The position numbers were made by a program, and so were the translations under genes. From IMG/VR virus record IMGVR_UViG_3300031993_006627, positions 64,001-128,000 of that record: a DNA stretch of 64,000 nucleotides; one strand, 5' to 3'. The DNA is from a virus. Taxonomy: Duplodnaviria; Caudoviricetes. The notes under the pieces are model-generated. The model searched no databases, had not been told where the DNA came from, and saw nothing but the letters and a program-made list of their open reading frames with translations. Positions within the stretch are counted from its first letter, which is position 1. Each line of letters opens with the position of its first letter. This document shows, one piece after another, positions 9,481 through 19,051 of this stretch.

Positions 9481-9825
9481 ATGAATATTGAGAACGTGAG
9501 AAAGCACATGCTGCACAAGAAAGCCTGGTTGGAGATCACCCCCGTGCTCAAGCAGCTTTTCGGCGGTGCGACAGCCGGCGCGGAAGCCGGTAAGAACATC
9601 GCCCTGTACTTGCTTGGCGCGGCCGCTGTAGGCGGTGGCGCCATCGGCGCTTTCGGGGCCAACATTACGGCTCATGGGAAACAGGATGAGGATACGGTAA
9701 AGAAAGAGTACGAGAATGAACGTCTGAAGGCCGACGTCGGCTATATCGCCAGTCGTCTGGAGGACGAGTACAACCGGTCCAAAACTGCAACCAAACCGAA
9801 AGCCGCAAGGGTGCTGAATGTCTAA
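9481..9825 (+). CDS. Putative virion glycine-zipper membrane protein
   Basis: Leader MNIENVRKHMLHKKA; ALYLLGAAAVGGGAIGAFGA. Confidence 0.55.
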   Translation: MNIENVRKHMLHKKAWLEITPVLKQLFGGATAGAEAGKNIALYLLGAAAVGGGAIGAFGANITAHGKQDEDTVKKEYENERLKADVGYIASRLEDEYNRSKTATKPKAARVLNV

Positions 9826-10279
9826 CGATCCGCTGCTTGGAGAACTGATCTCCCCCGAAGATGTTGTTCTGATCAACGATGAGGATCTCCCTGGTCTCGA
9901 TGATGAAAGGAACAAGAAAGACAAGAATACCGTGACCGCTTACAATGGCGATGTTCTTTTTGCCTATCGGGAAGAGAACAAGATCAACGGTGTCATTGTC
10001 AACGAGGCAGATCGCGATCTGCCGGTCGAACGGGACGATCAGATCCAGCAGTTTTTCCGGCTTCATCATGTACCGCACTCTGAGATCCTCCGTCTGCCGG
10101 CCGACAACGATAAATATAATCAGTTGCTCCAAGACGTTTATGACGGAAAGGCTATCATAGTAGATGAACAGAAACAATTCGATGCTGCCAAAGGCGAGTT
10201 CATTGTCTGGATCCGTTGGGATTCAGTATGCTATGAATTGAGTCCACGGTACGCTTACCTGAAAGAGGACAAGAAATGA
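9818..10279 (+). CDS. Hypothetical phage protein
   Basis: Overlap-coupled ORF with typical codon usage. Confidence 0.65.
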   Translation: MSNDPLLGELISPEDVVLINDEDLPGLDDERNKKDKNTVTAYNGDVLFAYREENKINGVIVNEADRDLPVERDDQIQQFFRLHHVPHSEILRLPADNDKYNQLLQDVYDGKAIIVDEQKQFDAAKGEFIVWIRWDSVCYELSPRYAYLKEDKK

Positions 10280-11337
10280 ACAAAACAGCCGGACCATCAG
10301 CGGCATGGGGCAGCAGCCCTTATGGCTCCTATGTAAATACAGCGTTTCCTTTCTCCCAGTTATTTGGGATGACTGACCGTATTCCGAAAACATGGGTTGA
10401 CATGTTTCCGCACACAGAGGGTGGCCAGCGTGCCGCGCATATTACGTTCAAGGCCGGCTTCGATGCTCTTCTGGCGGCCGGACTGATCGCATTGTATCGC
10501 GGTGCCAACCATATCAGCCGCATGGCGGATATGGCAAAGAGCGATAACCCGGCCAAGGGCATGAAGTCCCAGCTCTCCACTACGTTTGCCGGCTCGCTTG
10601 AACCGGAGAAGCAGAAGAAGAACGCATCGTCCAAGTGGGGCCCGAATACCCTGGATCAGCCGGCTGTTTTCAGCATGGGGAATGCCTTTGGCACAGCTCT
10701 TCCCCTTGGCGCCGTACTTCTTGCCACGGCGGCCGCGTACAAAGCCACGGATGACTATCTGGACAAGCAGCGCAACAAGGCGCTCGATGTCGCCATCAAG
10801 AGCAAAGAGAATGCTCTGAAACGTCTTATCAAAACTCGCTCCAGACTGGCGAAAGGCAATGCTACTGACGGAGAAGTCCAAAGTGCGCTTCGCGGCATCA
10901 ATAACGAAGACCTGTATGTGAAGCAGGCCGGCATGGATAAGCAGGCATTCCTGGATGGTCTTTGGGATGCCATCAGCGGCGGTGCCCGGACGACCGTCGG
11001 TGGTTTCTCTGCGCTCAGCTGTCTTCTTCTCGGAGCTGCGGCGGTCGGTTCCTATTACTACTTCAGCAAGGCGGATGAGAACAACGTCAGATACCGTGCT
11101 ATGAAGCACGGTCTGAAGGAATATGCCCGTACACGCACCGGCTATACACCGATTGCCATTATCCCGTCGAAATCCCGGAAATTCTTTGCTGACATCGACG
11201 AGGAGAATGCTGCGATTTCCAAGAAGAAAAAGGAGCAGCTTGCGGCTGCTCCGAGTGTTGAGCCCGTTACTTCAGTGCGTGATGAAAAACCCTTGCTGAC
11301 AGAGGATTATAACAAGCCGATCTCCCTTACTCTGTGA
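10276..11337 (+). CDS. Putative virion membrane-associated protein
   Basis: MNKTA, VKQAGMDKQA motifs; three hydrophobic Ala/Gly-rich segments. Confidence 0.55.
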   Translation: MNKTAGPSAAWGSSPYGSYVNTAFPFSQLFGMTDRIPKTWVDMFPHTEGGQRAAHITFKAGFDALLAAGLIALYRGANHISRMADMAKSDNPAKGMKSQLSTTFAGSLEPEKQKKNASSKWGPNTLDQPAVFSMGNAFGTALPLGAVLLATAAAYKATDDYLDKQRNKALDVAIKSKENALKRLIKTRSRLAKGNATDGEVQSALRGINNEDLYVKQAGMDKQAFLDGLWDAISGGARTTVGGFSALSCLLLGAAAVGSYYYFSKADENNVRYRAMKHGLKEYARTRTGYTPIAIIPSKSRKFFADIDEENAAISKKKKEQLAAAPSVEPVTSVRDEKPLLTEDYNKPISLTL

Positions 11338-11347
11338 GGCCGACATT

Positions 11348-12967
11348 ATGCGTAAGAGGTCAGATTTCTTACCAGGAAGTACACTTGGTCCGACTATACG
11401 ACCGAGTAGCCCACCTCCTGTCACAGCATCTTCTGTCCAGTCTACGACTTCACAAAAGCCGGGGAAGAAAGAAGAATTCACCGGTTCCCCTCTGGATATA
11501 CGTCTCAGAACTGAAAATCCCGCACAGGCAGAAACACGTAGGAATGATGATTTTGCCCGCTCCCTGGCGGAAAACATACGGTATACACAGCAAACCGGAC
11601 GGATTACACCTACCAGGAGACAAGCGCAAAGACAGCAAGCAGTCGAAGACTCTGTGACTCCAGCCTTTCAGGATTACAATTCCAAATTGCTTCCGTACTC
11701 TGCTCGTTTCGGGTCTTTTACGAACGGTGGCAAGCAAGTGTATACAGGCACGGCAGGAGGCAATTCCGAGCAGGATAGACAGATACGCATTATGAGTGGA
11801 GTTCCCCGTCCGGGGGATCTGCCTATTATCAACCCGGCATGGTATAGAAACTTGAAAACACCGCAGGGCACTGGCGGTATGGCCGGGCAGCTGAACAGGT
11901 TGCTTTCTCTTGACAGAACACCGGACGCTCCGAAGCAATCTATCCCGATGATAAGCAGCTATAAGGACTGGCAAGATGCGCAAAACGCCAAAAGACTTGC
12001 TGATCATCGTGTGGCTATGTTGCGGGATTTATCCAATCCCTATACATATCCAAAGCTCTGGAGCACTTACGGCAGCATACCTGCAGAATATGCCCCGGTG
12101 GGGCGTGACTATGACATGTCGATCCTGAAAGCGCTTGCGGAGCAACGCGGAACCCCATATAGCATGTTGACCGGGATGCAGAACCCGGCGGACGTGGCAA
12201 ATTTCCTGTATTGGCAGGAAAGGGGTATGGACAGCGGTGCACATCCGGATCTGCTTCCTTATGTGTATAATCAGCGCTCCTGGAACTCTGCAGTGCATTA
12301 TAATCCGCCTGATATGAATGTGGTGCGTGAGGATGCGCTTCCGTGGGAAAAGGCACTGGATACGGGACAAAGAGCTGTTCGGCTCGCACATAGCACCGCG
12401 AGTATTCCACGCGGACTGTTCTCCCAGTTACCCCAACTCGGTGTAAGCACAGTAGGTTCCATTATACAGGACATCAACTCTATGCGCGGCGCTGAAAACA
12501 AGAATTATGCCGTTCAGCAGAAGGTGGATGCTATCAACAATGCTATAGATGCGCCATGGCAAGGGCTCTATTTCCCAATCGACTATGCCAGCTGGAAAGC
12601 GCAACAGGCGATGCAGCCCCAGTTTTATTCTCAAGAGGAACTGAACAGGGTTGTAAATCCGGAGACAGGTAACATTGATTCTATTGGCTTGTCCAATCTG
12701 CTGACCAGAGCCGGTTTTACTTCGGCGGAGCTTGCCAGGAACCTGGCAGTGTTTGGCGGGGTGAAGCCAAACGCAGAAGCAACTTCGTTTATGGGCCGCT
12801 ACATCAGACCGAACGTTGTTCCTATTATGGGACATGTCGGGTTCCTGTCAGAAGTAGGGAAGCCCGTGCATGATACATCCATGTATTTGCATGATGCATT
12901 CAATAACTGGATGCAGCAGCGTATGAACCCGACTCCGGCATCAAATCAACCTCAAGAAAGGCCATGA
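11348..12967 (+). CDS. Putative internal head cargo protein, unknown function
   Basis: 539-aa ORF in the head-cargo block; disordered N-terminus. Confidence 0.55.
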   Translation: MRKRSDFLPGSTLGPTIRPSSPPPVTASSVQSTTSQKPGKKEEFTGSPLDIRLRTENPAQAETRRNDDFARSLAENIRYTQQTGRITPTRRQAQRQQAVEDSVTPAFQDYNSKLLPYSARFGSFTNGGKQVYTGTAGGNSEQDRQIRIMSGVPRPGDLPIINPAWYRNLKTPQGTGGMAGQLNRLLSLDRTPDAPKQSIPMISSYKDWQDAQNAKRLADHRVAMLRDLSNPYTYPKLWSTYGSIPAEYAPVGRDYDMSILKALAEQRGTPYSMLTGMQNPADVANFLYWQERGMDSGAHPDLLPYVYNQRSWNSAVHYNPPDMNVVREDALPWEKALDTGQRAVRLAHSTASIPRGLFSQLPQLGVSTVGSIIQDINSMRGAENKNYAVQQKVDAINNAIDAPWQGLYFPIDYASWKAQQAMQPQFYSQEELNRVVNPETGNIDSIGLSNLLTRAGFTSAELARNLAVFGGVKPNAEATSFMGRYIRPNVVPIMGHVGFLSEVGKPVHDTSMYLHDAFNNWMQQRMNPTPASNQPQERP

Positions 12968-12968
12968 T

Positions 12969-13532
12969 ATGAACTACCCTGTTCCTTATAAATACAACAT
13001 GACGAAGCAGGCGGAAGACGAGATTGCTCCGCCGGAATTCACTGCGAAAGAATGGGATCCCGGCTATAAAGCCAGCGAGGAGCAGAAGACTTATGCGGAC
13101 TGGCTGCACCGGTACTATGACCGCATGGATGAGTACACGGGAGAAGTCACCACGACGAAGCATCGTTTCGCCCAGTCGCTCGGTACTATTGCCGCTGCTC
13201 TTATCGGTGCGGCTGGAGGTGGCGCTCTTGGCCTGCTTCTTGGCGGTAAGAACGGCATGAGACTCGGTGTTCCGCTGGGCTTTTCCGCTGGTATGGCGGC
13301 TGATATTCTCGGTGCTGCCTATGGCTACAAGCAGCCAGCACGCTCCAAGAAGGAACAGATGGATTACATGAGCAGTAACGATGGCATTCTGCCGGAGCTT
13401 CTTACACCAGGCTACGCCGGCTATCAGCGCGGTCGCACTGCCAAGCATGTGAATTCCGTGGTCTCCAGGGAGATCCCGAAGAGCGTTATGAATTCCAAGG
13501 TCCGCAATTTCAATGATGTTGCACCCGCCTAA
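12969..13532 (+). CDS. Putative virion glycine-zipper protein
   Basis: MTKQA motif; IAAALIGAAGGGALGLLLGG and GVPLGFSAGMAADILGAAYG hairpin. Confidence 0.55.
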   Translation: MNYPVPYKYNMTKQAEDEIAPPEFTAKEWDPGYKASEEQKTYADWLHRYYDRMDEYTGEVTTTKHRFAQSLGTIAAALIGAAGGGALGLLLGGKNGMRLGVPLGFSAGMAADILGAAYGYKQPARSKKEQMDYMSSNDGILPELLTPGYAGYQRGRTAKHVNSVVSREIPKSVMNSKVRNFNDVAPA

Positions 13533-13553
13533 TAACTCAGAGGAGATATCAAT

Positions 13554-14156
13554 ATGAAACTTACACAACGCGAAATCAACATGGTGAAGCTCGCAGCCGC
13601 GCAAATCGCGGTCAACCGCAGCATGAAGAAACAGGCTTCTTTCCAGGAGAAGCTGGCGAGCTATGGAATCGGTCTGTGCAAACAGGCGGAAACCTATGGC
13701 CAGGCGATCAGCCGACAGGTTGACAAGGGTCTTGATAGTTTTGGCAACTGGCTGGACAAATCCTGGAAGACAGTCCAGATGAATGCCGGTAAGACACCAA
13801 ATCAGGTTAACCCACCATCTGATGCTGAATATCAAAAGGGCTATGAAATCTACGGAAGAAATCTCAAAGGTCCTTTCATGACACGTGTCTCTGGTTCTCC
13901 GTTGTGGGAAGAGACGGCTCGTGATCGCAAGATGAATAGGAGACTACAGAAAGAGGATGCCATATTCAACGCTCGGCTCGCTGCACGGGCTGCCAAAGAA
14001 CGTTTTCAGCGTCAGAAGAGCAATTTCCAGTTGAACATGGATCTTGCTCGTGGTGCCTCGACTCCAGAACGGAGAGATGATTATCTGAGAGAAGCTCGTC
14101 TTCTTCCGCCTCGTGATGACTTCGAGGCAACTTATCTCAACATTTTTAACAGGTAA
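13554..14156 (+). CDS. Putative internal head protein
   Basis: Four K-x-A motifs in the first 45 aa (KLA, KQA, KLA, KQA); AGGAG SD. Confidence 0.55.
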   Translation: MKLTQREINMVKLAAAQIAVNRSMKKQASFQEKLASYGIGLCKQAETYGQAISRQVDKGLDSFGNWLDKSWKTVQMNAGKTPNQVNPPSDAEYQKGYEIYGRNLKGPFMTRVSGSPLWEETARDRKMNRRLQKEDAIFNARLAARAAKERFQRQKSNFQLNMDLARGASTPERRDDYLREARLLPPRDDFEATYLNIFNR

Positions 14157-14163
14157 GTATTAA

Positions 14164-14889
14164 ATGCCTGATCCAACTGCCACACTCAAGCAGCTTGTCG
14201 GTGCCCAGCAGAAGTTCATCGCGAACATTCTGGACCAGGGCAAGCCGAAGCAGATCTACCGGCTGGATGACTACAACCAGATCCGGCACGCACTGTTTGA
14301 CAACGTGAAGAATGCTGTTATGCAGCGCTTTCCGCTGCGCAACGACCGATATACCCTCGGTATCGAGGAAGTCGACTACGATGATCCGGACGAGATCGAC
14401 ATCGCCAAGCAGAAGCGCTGTATCCTGGAGGGAAAGTCCTGCGACCGGCGTCTACGTGGTTCCTGGGTGCTCAGGGATGCGACGAACGACAAGGTCGTCA
14501 GCAAGACCAAGCGCATGACTATCATGCGTGTGCCTTACATGACAGAACGTGGCACTTTCATCAGGAATGGGCACGAGTACGCTTTCACAAATATCATGCG
14601 CCTGGAGCCTGGTGTCTACACCAAACGCCGCGACGACGAGATTTCCGCACAGTTCAACATCCAGAAGGGTACCGGTGCTGGGTTCAACATGTTCCTGTCA
14701 CCGGAAACCGGCGTATTCAAGATCAAGCGCGGCACCACGACCTGTCCGGCATACACTGTGTTCAAGGATCTCGGCGTGACCGACGACCAGATGCAGGAAG
14801 CCTGGGGCAAGGAGCTTTTCGAGAAGAACAAGACGGCAGGTTCAGACGAGAAGTCCCGTCAGGCGGCTGACAAGATATACAACATGTGA
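14164..14889 (+). CDS. rpoB: Phage RNA polymerase beta subunit, N-terminal fragment
   Basis: RVPYMTERGTFIRNGHEYAFTNIMRLEPGVY matches bacterial RpoB [30 protein letters not shown]. Confidence 0.85.
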   Translation: MPDPTATLKQLVGAQQKFIANILDQGKPKQIYRLDDYNQIRHALFDNVKNAVMQRFPLRNDRYTLGIEEVDYDDPDEIDIAKQKRCILEGKSCDRRLRGSWVLRDATNDKVVSKTKRMTIMRVPYMTERGTFIRNGHEYAFTNIMRLEPGVYTKRRDDEISAQFNIQKGTGAGFNMFLSPETGVFKIKRGTTTCPAYTVFKDLGVTDDQMQEAWGKELFEKNKTAGSDEKSRQAADKIYNM

Positions 14890-14897
14890 GGACCGAC

Positions 14898-15065
14898 ATG
14901 CAGGCATATGCACAGTTCAAGATCGGACAGACGCCTTCAACGCCTACGGTAAAACAGAACGCAGCACCGATCCAGACTGTACAGCCGCAACAGCCTACGC
15001 AGTCGAATCCTTCCGGTGCACCAAAGCTGGAATCTTACGCGGAATTCAAGGGACAGAACAAATGA
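14898..15065 (+). CDS. 55-aa Gln/Pro-rich small protein (below the ORF-track cutoff)
   Basis: GAGGA SD; TGA overlaps ATG 15062 (ATGA); terminal repeats AYAQFK and SYAEFK. Confidence 0.55.
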   Translation: MQAYAQFKIGQTPSTPTVKQNAAPIQTVQPQQPTQSNPSGAPKLESYAEFKGQNK

Positions 15066-16789
15066 CACTCAACGAATTGATCAAGACAGCAGCGCCGAAT
15101 AATGCGCCAGTACAGACTGCCAAGAAACCTGCCCCGGATACGCAGCCGACACAGGCGCAGAAGGTACAACCGCAGTCCGTCCAGCAGCCACAGCAGAAGA
15201 AATATACTGCCAAAGATCTACCCAAAACATCACTGGAACCGCTTTATAAACGCTATGCACAGCAGGAAAACAGTGAGAGTCTTATGGATTGGTCTCCTGC
15301 CGCGTTTGCAGGATTCGAGAGAGATGTACAGCGCCTTGGAGAGCAAAATGCGCGGCAGGCTGAGGAATCCTATTATCAGCAGGGTCTGAACGAGATCCTG
15401 CAACGCAGCCCCTGGGTTGCCCAGCAGATGGGCTCGATGCCCGGTGCCACACCGCAGGAACTCTATGACCAGGCTGTCCGTATGGAACATTACGGGGCTA
15501 CACAGCAGGGCGTACCTGGCGCCATGGCATATCAGCAACAGCAGGAAGCTGCCAGACAAGCGGAGGCCGCACGTCAGCAGCAAATGCAGGCGCAAGCTGA
15601 TGCACTGAACCGGCAGCAGAGCGCCTTCTGGAACCAGCATCATCAAGTACAAGCTGCAACTGAACGTGCCCGGAATCAGGCTATACAGAATCAGATGGCT
15701 CAGCAAATGCAGGCTTACAGCAACTGGTACAAATCTCCGGAACAGGAAATGATCCGAGCAGATGCCCAGTACAAGAACAGCCCTGAGTATGCGAATTATG
15801 ATCTCCATCAGAATATCATAGGCAACTATGAAAACATGAACAACGAGATCAACGCCATGCTGGATTACGTCTATGGGAAGTACCCTAATATGACTCCAGA
15901 GCAGCGAGCTCAAATGGATGATCTTGGTTTCCGACGCTGGGGCCAGACTTATACTGATCGCAGAAATGAATTCATAGCGAAACAGAATGCCCAGGCCCAG
16001 GAGAACTACAGACTTTCCACGGTGGCTTACAATGCCTTCCAAAAGGACGCACAGGAAGCCATGCGGAATACTGATGTGCGGAATGGTTTTGACATGGCGG
16101 CCTTTGAAGCCCAGTGGGAAAAAGAGCACGGTCTTCCCCCTGGTTCTGTTCAACGTGTTCGTCAGGAGGCGTCGGTGGCGTTTACGCCGATTCCTCTTTA
16201 TACACCGCAGACTCAGCAGGCAGTTGCACAGCGTGAATTTTCCGGTGACAATATCGCAGCGGCAGAAGCAAAGGCCAAGGCGGAGGCTCAGAAATATGAT
16301 GAAATCAACAAACCGGCTCCGAGCACCCAACAGACCGTGACTGCTCAGACAACAGGAACGCAACCGGCGGGAACTGCCGTGCCTGCCACCGGTACCCAAG
16401 TGGCCAGCACGCAAACCAGTGGTAAGCCGGTCAATACCGGAAGCGGCAGACCAGTGGAACAACTTCCAGCTGATTTAGCTGGGGAAGGAAGCAACCCGAA
16501 TCCTAACCCGAATCTGGGTGCAGGTGGATCTCCTTCTGATCTCGGCCTTATGGCCTGGGCGCAGGAACATCCGAACATGGCAGCCGGTATCGCGGCTCTG
16601 CTTACAGGTGCTCTCACGCTGGGTCTTAGTGGCGGTGGCGGCGACAAGAAGAAAGATAGCTCTCTTGGCCTGGTGCTTGCAATGCTTCTTTCCACGGGCG
16701 CTTTCTTTGGTACAAGGAGTCTTCTGACGCCGGAACAAGTTGCCCAGAATTCCAGTAAAGTCATCGACAGTACCAAATCCGGAACATGA
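15062..16789 (+). CDS. Putative internal head/ejected Gln-rich protein with C-terminal TM hairpin
   Basis: Leader MTLNELIKTAA; two C-terminal hydrophobic helices separated by DKKKD. Confidence 0.55.
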   Translation: MTLNELIKTAAPNNAPVQTAKKPAPDTQPTQAQKVQPQSVQQPQQKKYTAKDLPKTSLEPLYKRYAQQENSESLMDWSPAAFAGFERDVQRLGEQNARQAEESYYQQGLNEILQRSPWVAQQMGSMPGATPQELYDQAVRMEHYGATQQGVPGAMAYQQQQEAARQAEAARQQQMQAQADALNRQQSAFWNQHHQVQAATERARNQAIQNQMAQQMQAYSNWYKSPEQEMIRADAQYKNSPEYANYDLHQNIIGNYENMNNEINAMLDYVYGKYPNMTPEQRAQMDDLGFRRWGQTYTDRRNEFIAKQNAQAQENYRLSTVAYNAFQKDAQEAMRNTDVRNGFDMAAFEAQWEKEHGLPPGSVQRVRQEASVAFTPIPLYTPQTQQAVAQREFSGDNIAAAEAKAKAEAQKYDEINKPAPSTQQTVTAQTTGTQPAGTAVPATGTQVASTQTSGKPVNTGSGRPVEQLPADLAGEGSNPNPNPNLGAGGSPSDLGLMAWAQEHPNMAAGIAALLTGALTLGLSGGGGDKKKDSSLGLVLAMLLSTGAFFGTRSLLTPEQVAQNSSKVIDSTKSGT

Positions 16790-16882
16790 CGCTGACGCTA
16801 ATGTAACGATAACCCGTAATTCATATACGAACCAAAACAGCTACCAAGTAGCAACAAATACAAACCAAAGAGGAGTCTACAA

Positions 16883-17896
16883 ATGACTTATCAAGAAGCT
16901 CTCAAGAAACGCGCTCGTCTTGCTTACACCGGTCTCCAGAAGAAGGCCGAAGGTGATGAAGCACAGAACAAAGCCTGGAACAAGAAGGTCGACGAGGAAG
17001 AAGCCGGTCGCCAGCACTATATCGCTGAGAAGAACGGTATCGTGAATCGTGCCAAGGGTGAACAGGCCGTTCGTGATATCCAGGATGAGAAAGATCGTGC
17101 TGCTGCCAGCGCGGCTTATATCGCCAACTACCAGAAAGCACTGGACAACAACCTGGCTTCCGGTCAGGCGTACTCCGACAAGCTCAAAGAGCTGGCTGCT
17201 CTGACAGCTGTCGCCCCGGCGGATTATACGGACAAGATGAATCAGGTCGTGAATCGTGCTCTCGGCGAAGAAAAGTCCCGTCAGCTTACGAAGCAGAAAG
17301 AAGACAACGCCGCTTTCAATGCGCAGAATGACGCCATGCTTGCTCAGGCTATGCGTGATCAGGGTATCGCGAATATTCAGGGTGCTCTTTCTGTCCCTGG
17401 CATCCAGCGTCAGCAGTATCTGGATTCTCTTGAGCCCCGTCGTCAGGAGATCGAGCAGCTCGCCAACAAGAACCCGCAGCTTCTCTATCCGATTCTGAAT
17501 GATCTCGTCAATCACGGCGCTTCCGCTGATGCAATCATCAACGCGCTTACTCAGGCGGATGTCGCGAAGGGCATGGAATTCGACAGTGCTCACCGCAAGG
17601 AAGTCGCTGCCCAGAAGGCTCTGGAAAATCGCAACCTCGGCATTGGCATCGGCGCCGGCGCTCTCGGCGGTCTCGGTGCTGCCGGTGCTGCCTATGGTCT
17701 CGCCGGTCTCTTCCCGTCCCTCCGCAAGAAACGTCTCCTCCGTGCCCTTATCGCTCTCGGCGTCGGCGGCGCGGCTGGTGCTGGTATCGGTATCGGGACG
17801 ACCAAGGGTCTCAACAGTGGCGCGATTCAGGGTGCCTACGGCGCTACCAAGGATTACCTCGGTAGTGTCGGCCGTGGACTCTCCGGAAAGGCCTGA
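16883..17896 (+). CDS. Putative abundant virion coiled-coil protein with glycine-zipper hairpin
   Basis: Leader MTYQEALKKRA..QKKA; codon bias like the capsid gene; LGIGIGAGALGGLGAAGAAYG and LIALGVGGAAGAGIGIG. Confidence 0.6.
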   Translation: MTYQEALKKRARLAYTGLQKKAEGDEAQNKAWNKKVDEEEAGRQHYIAEKNGIVNRAKGEQAVRDIQDEKDRAAASAAYIANYQKALDNNLASGQAYSDKLKELAALTAVAPADYTDKMNQVVNRALGEEKSRQLTKQKEDNAAFNAQNDAMLAQAMRDQGIANIQGALSVPGIQRQQYLDSLEPRRQEIEQLANKNPQLLYPILNDLVNHGASADAIINALTQADVAKGMEFDSAHRKEVAAQKALENRNLGIGIGAGALGGLGAAGAAYGLAGLFPSLRKKRLLRALIALGVGGAAGAGIGIGTTKGLNSGAIQGAYGATKDYLGSVGRGLSGKA

Positions 17897-17914
17897 TCCA
17901 GTCGATCAACAATA

Positions 17915-17934
17915 GGGGCTGGGCAACCAGCCCC
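17915..17934 (+). terminator. Hairpin with GNRA-type loop
   Basis: GGGGCTGG-GCAA-CCAGCCCC, short T-rich tail. Confidence 0.6.
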
Positions 17935-17957
17935 GATTCTTATAAGGGAAGCGCATT

Positions 17958-18941
17958 ATGAATAGAGCGCAATTCATGTTCAAGGTCGCCACCAAGGACC
18001 GCTCCATTGGTGTGCTTCGATCTATGATCCGTATGTCCAAGCAGGCTGCCGGTGCACCGGCTGGTAATGTTCCACAGCAGGACTTCTACAGCACGATCAA
18101 GTCCATCTTTGAACCAGAAACCAAACCGGCAGGACAACCTGCAGCAACTGGAACAACTGCCCCAGCTACTACACAGGCTCCGGCTACCACGCAAGGTCAG
18201 GCGAGTCAAGGAGCTCCCGCTGGAACGCTTACCCCTGAACAACAGGCGTATCTGAAGCAATGGATGGAGCAGCAGTCGAACTACATCGGAGATCAGGCTG
18301 CAAAGGGTGCTCAGATTGATCTCGCTACAGAGCTCGGAAAAGGCGCTATAGAAGGCGCTGGTCTTGGTCTCTTTGGTGGCGGCGTTATCGGTGCGGGGCA
18401 CAGGGCGATTTCCGACTTCTGGTCCCCAAGTGGTTACTGGAATGCTCTCCGACTGAATAGAGCCCGTGTGGCGGAAATGAACCGAAGTATTGCCCCCGGA
18501 GCTCCAGCTGGTACGACATATAACTTCGAAGACATCGACACACGTATTCACAACAACGAAGCAGCAAGAAGCAGGTTGTCGAGACTCTTCAGGCCTGGTC
18601 CAGTGGTTGCTGCGGGCAAGAACCCAACGTTCAGCAGGATGACAGGCGGTCAAGTGCACGGTCTCGATGTTGCCACAAACGGAACCGGCCCAGGAAGTGT
18701 AAGCCAGTCGGCAGCCACACGCAGTCACTATCTGGATCGTATCTGGGGTGGTGCTAAGCGTGGCGGTGGCTTTGGTGCTGTCGGTGGTGCGTTCGCTGGA
18801 CCTGTTTTTGAGGTGCTTAACGGGGTCAGTGATTCCAACCGTAAGAAATACGGGCAGAAGGCGACAGAGGAAGTTTTCGGTACCCAGGATAACCCGAAGC
18901 CTATGCCCTGGTATCTCAGTGGCAGTAAACCGCAGCAGTGA
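17958..18941 (+). CDS. Putative virion glycine-zipper protein
   Basis: FKVA and SKQAA leader motifs; GAGLGLFGGGVIGAG and GGGFGAVGGAFAG. Confidence 0.55.
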   Translation: MNRAQFMFKVATKDRSIGVLRSMIRMSKQAAGAPAGNVPQQDFYSTIKSIFEPETKPAGQPAATGTTAPATTQAPATTQGQASQGAPAGTLTPEQQAYLKQWMEQQSNYIGDQAAKGAQIDLATELGKGAIEGAGLGLFGGGVIGAGHRAISDFWSPSGYWNALRLNRARVAEMNRSIAPGAPAGTTYNFEDIDTRIHNNEAARSRLSRLFRPGPVVAAGKNPTFSRMTGGQVHGLDVATNGTGPGSVSQSAATRSHYLDRIWGGAKRGGGFGAVGGAFAGPVFEVLNGVSDSNRKKYGQKATEEVFGTQDNPKPMPWYLSGSKPQQ

Positions 18942-18973
18942 TGCAATTTTCCACCTGAGGTAGAAAATCTTTC

Positions 18974-19001
18974 AGGCCCCGTAACAGGGGCCTTTTCTTT
19001 T
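18974..19001 (+). terminator. Intrinsic terminator
   Basis: AGGCCCC-gtaaca-GGGGCCT followed by TTTCTTTT. Confidence 0.7.
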
Positions 19002-19051
19002 ATAGTAGAGAGTGATACGCGCCCGGTTACATAAGAGGAGACCATAACATG
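19001..19051 (+). repeat. Promoter/RBS leader, copy 1 (copy 2 at 20641-20688)
   Basis: Shared blocks TATAGTAGA, ACGCG, TACATAAGAGGAGA, AACATG. Confidence 0.75.
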
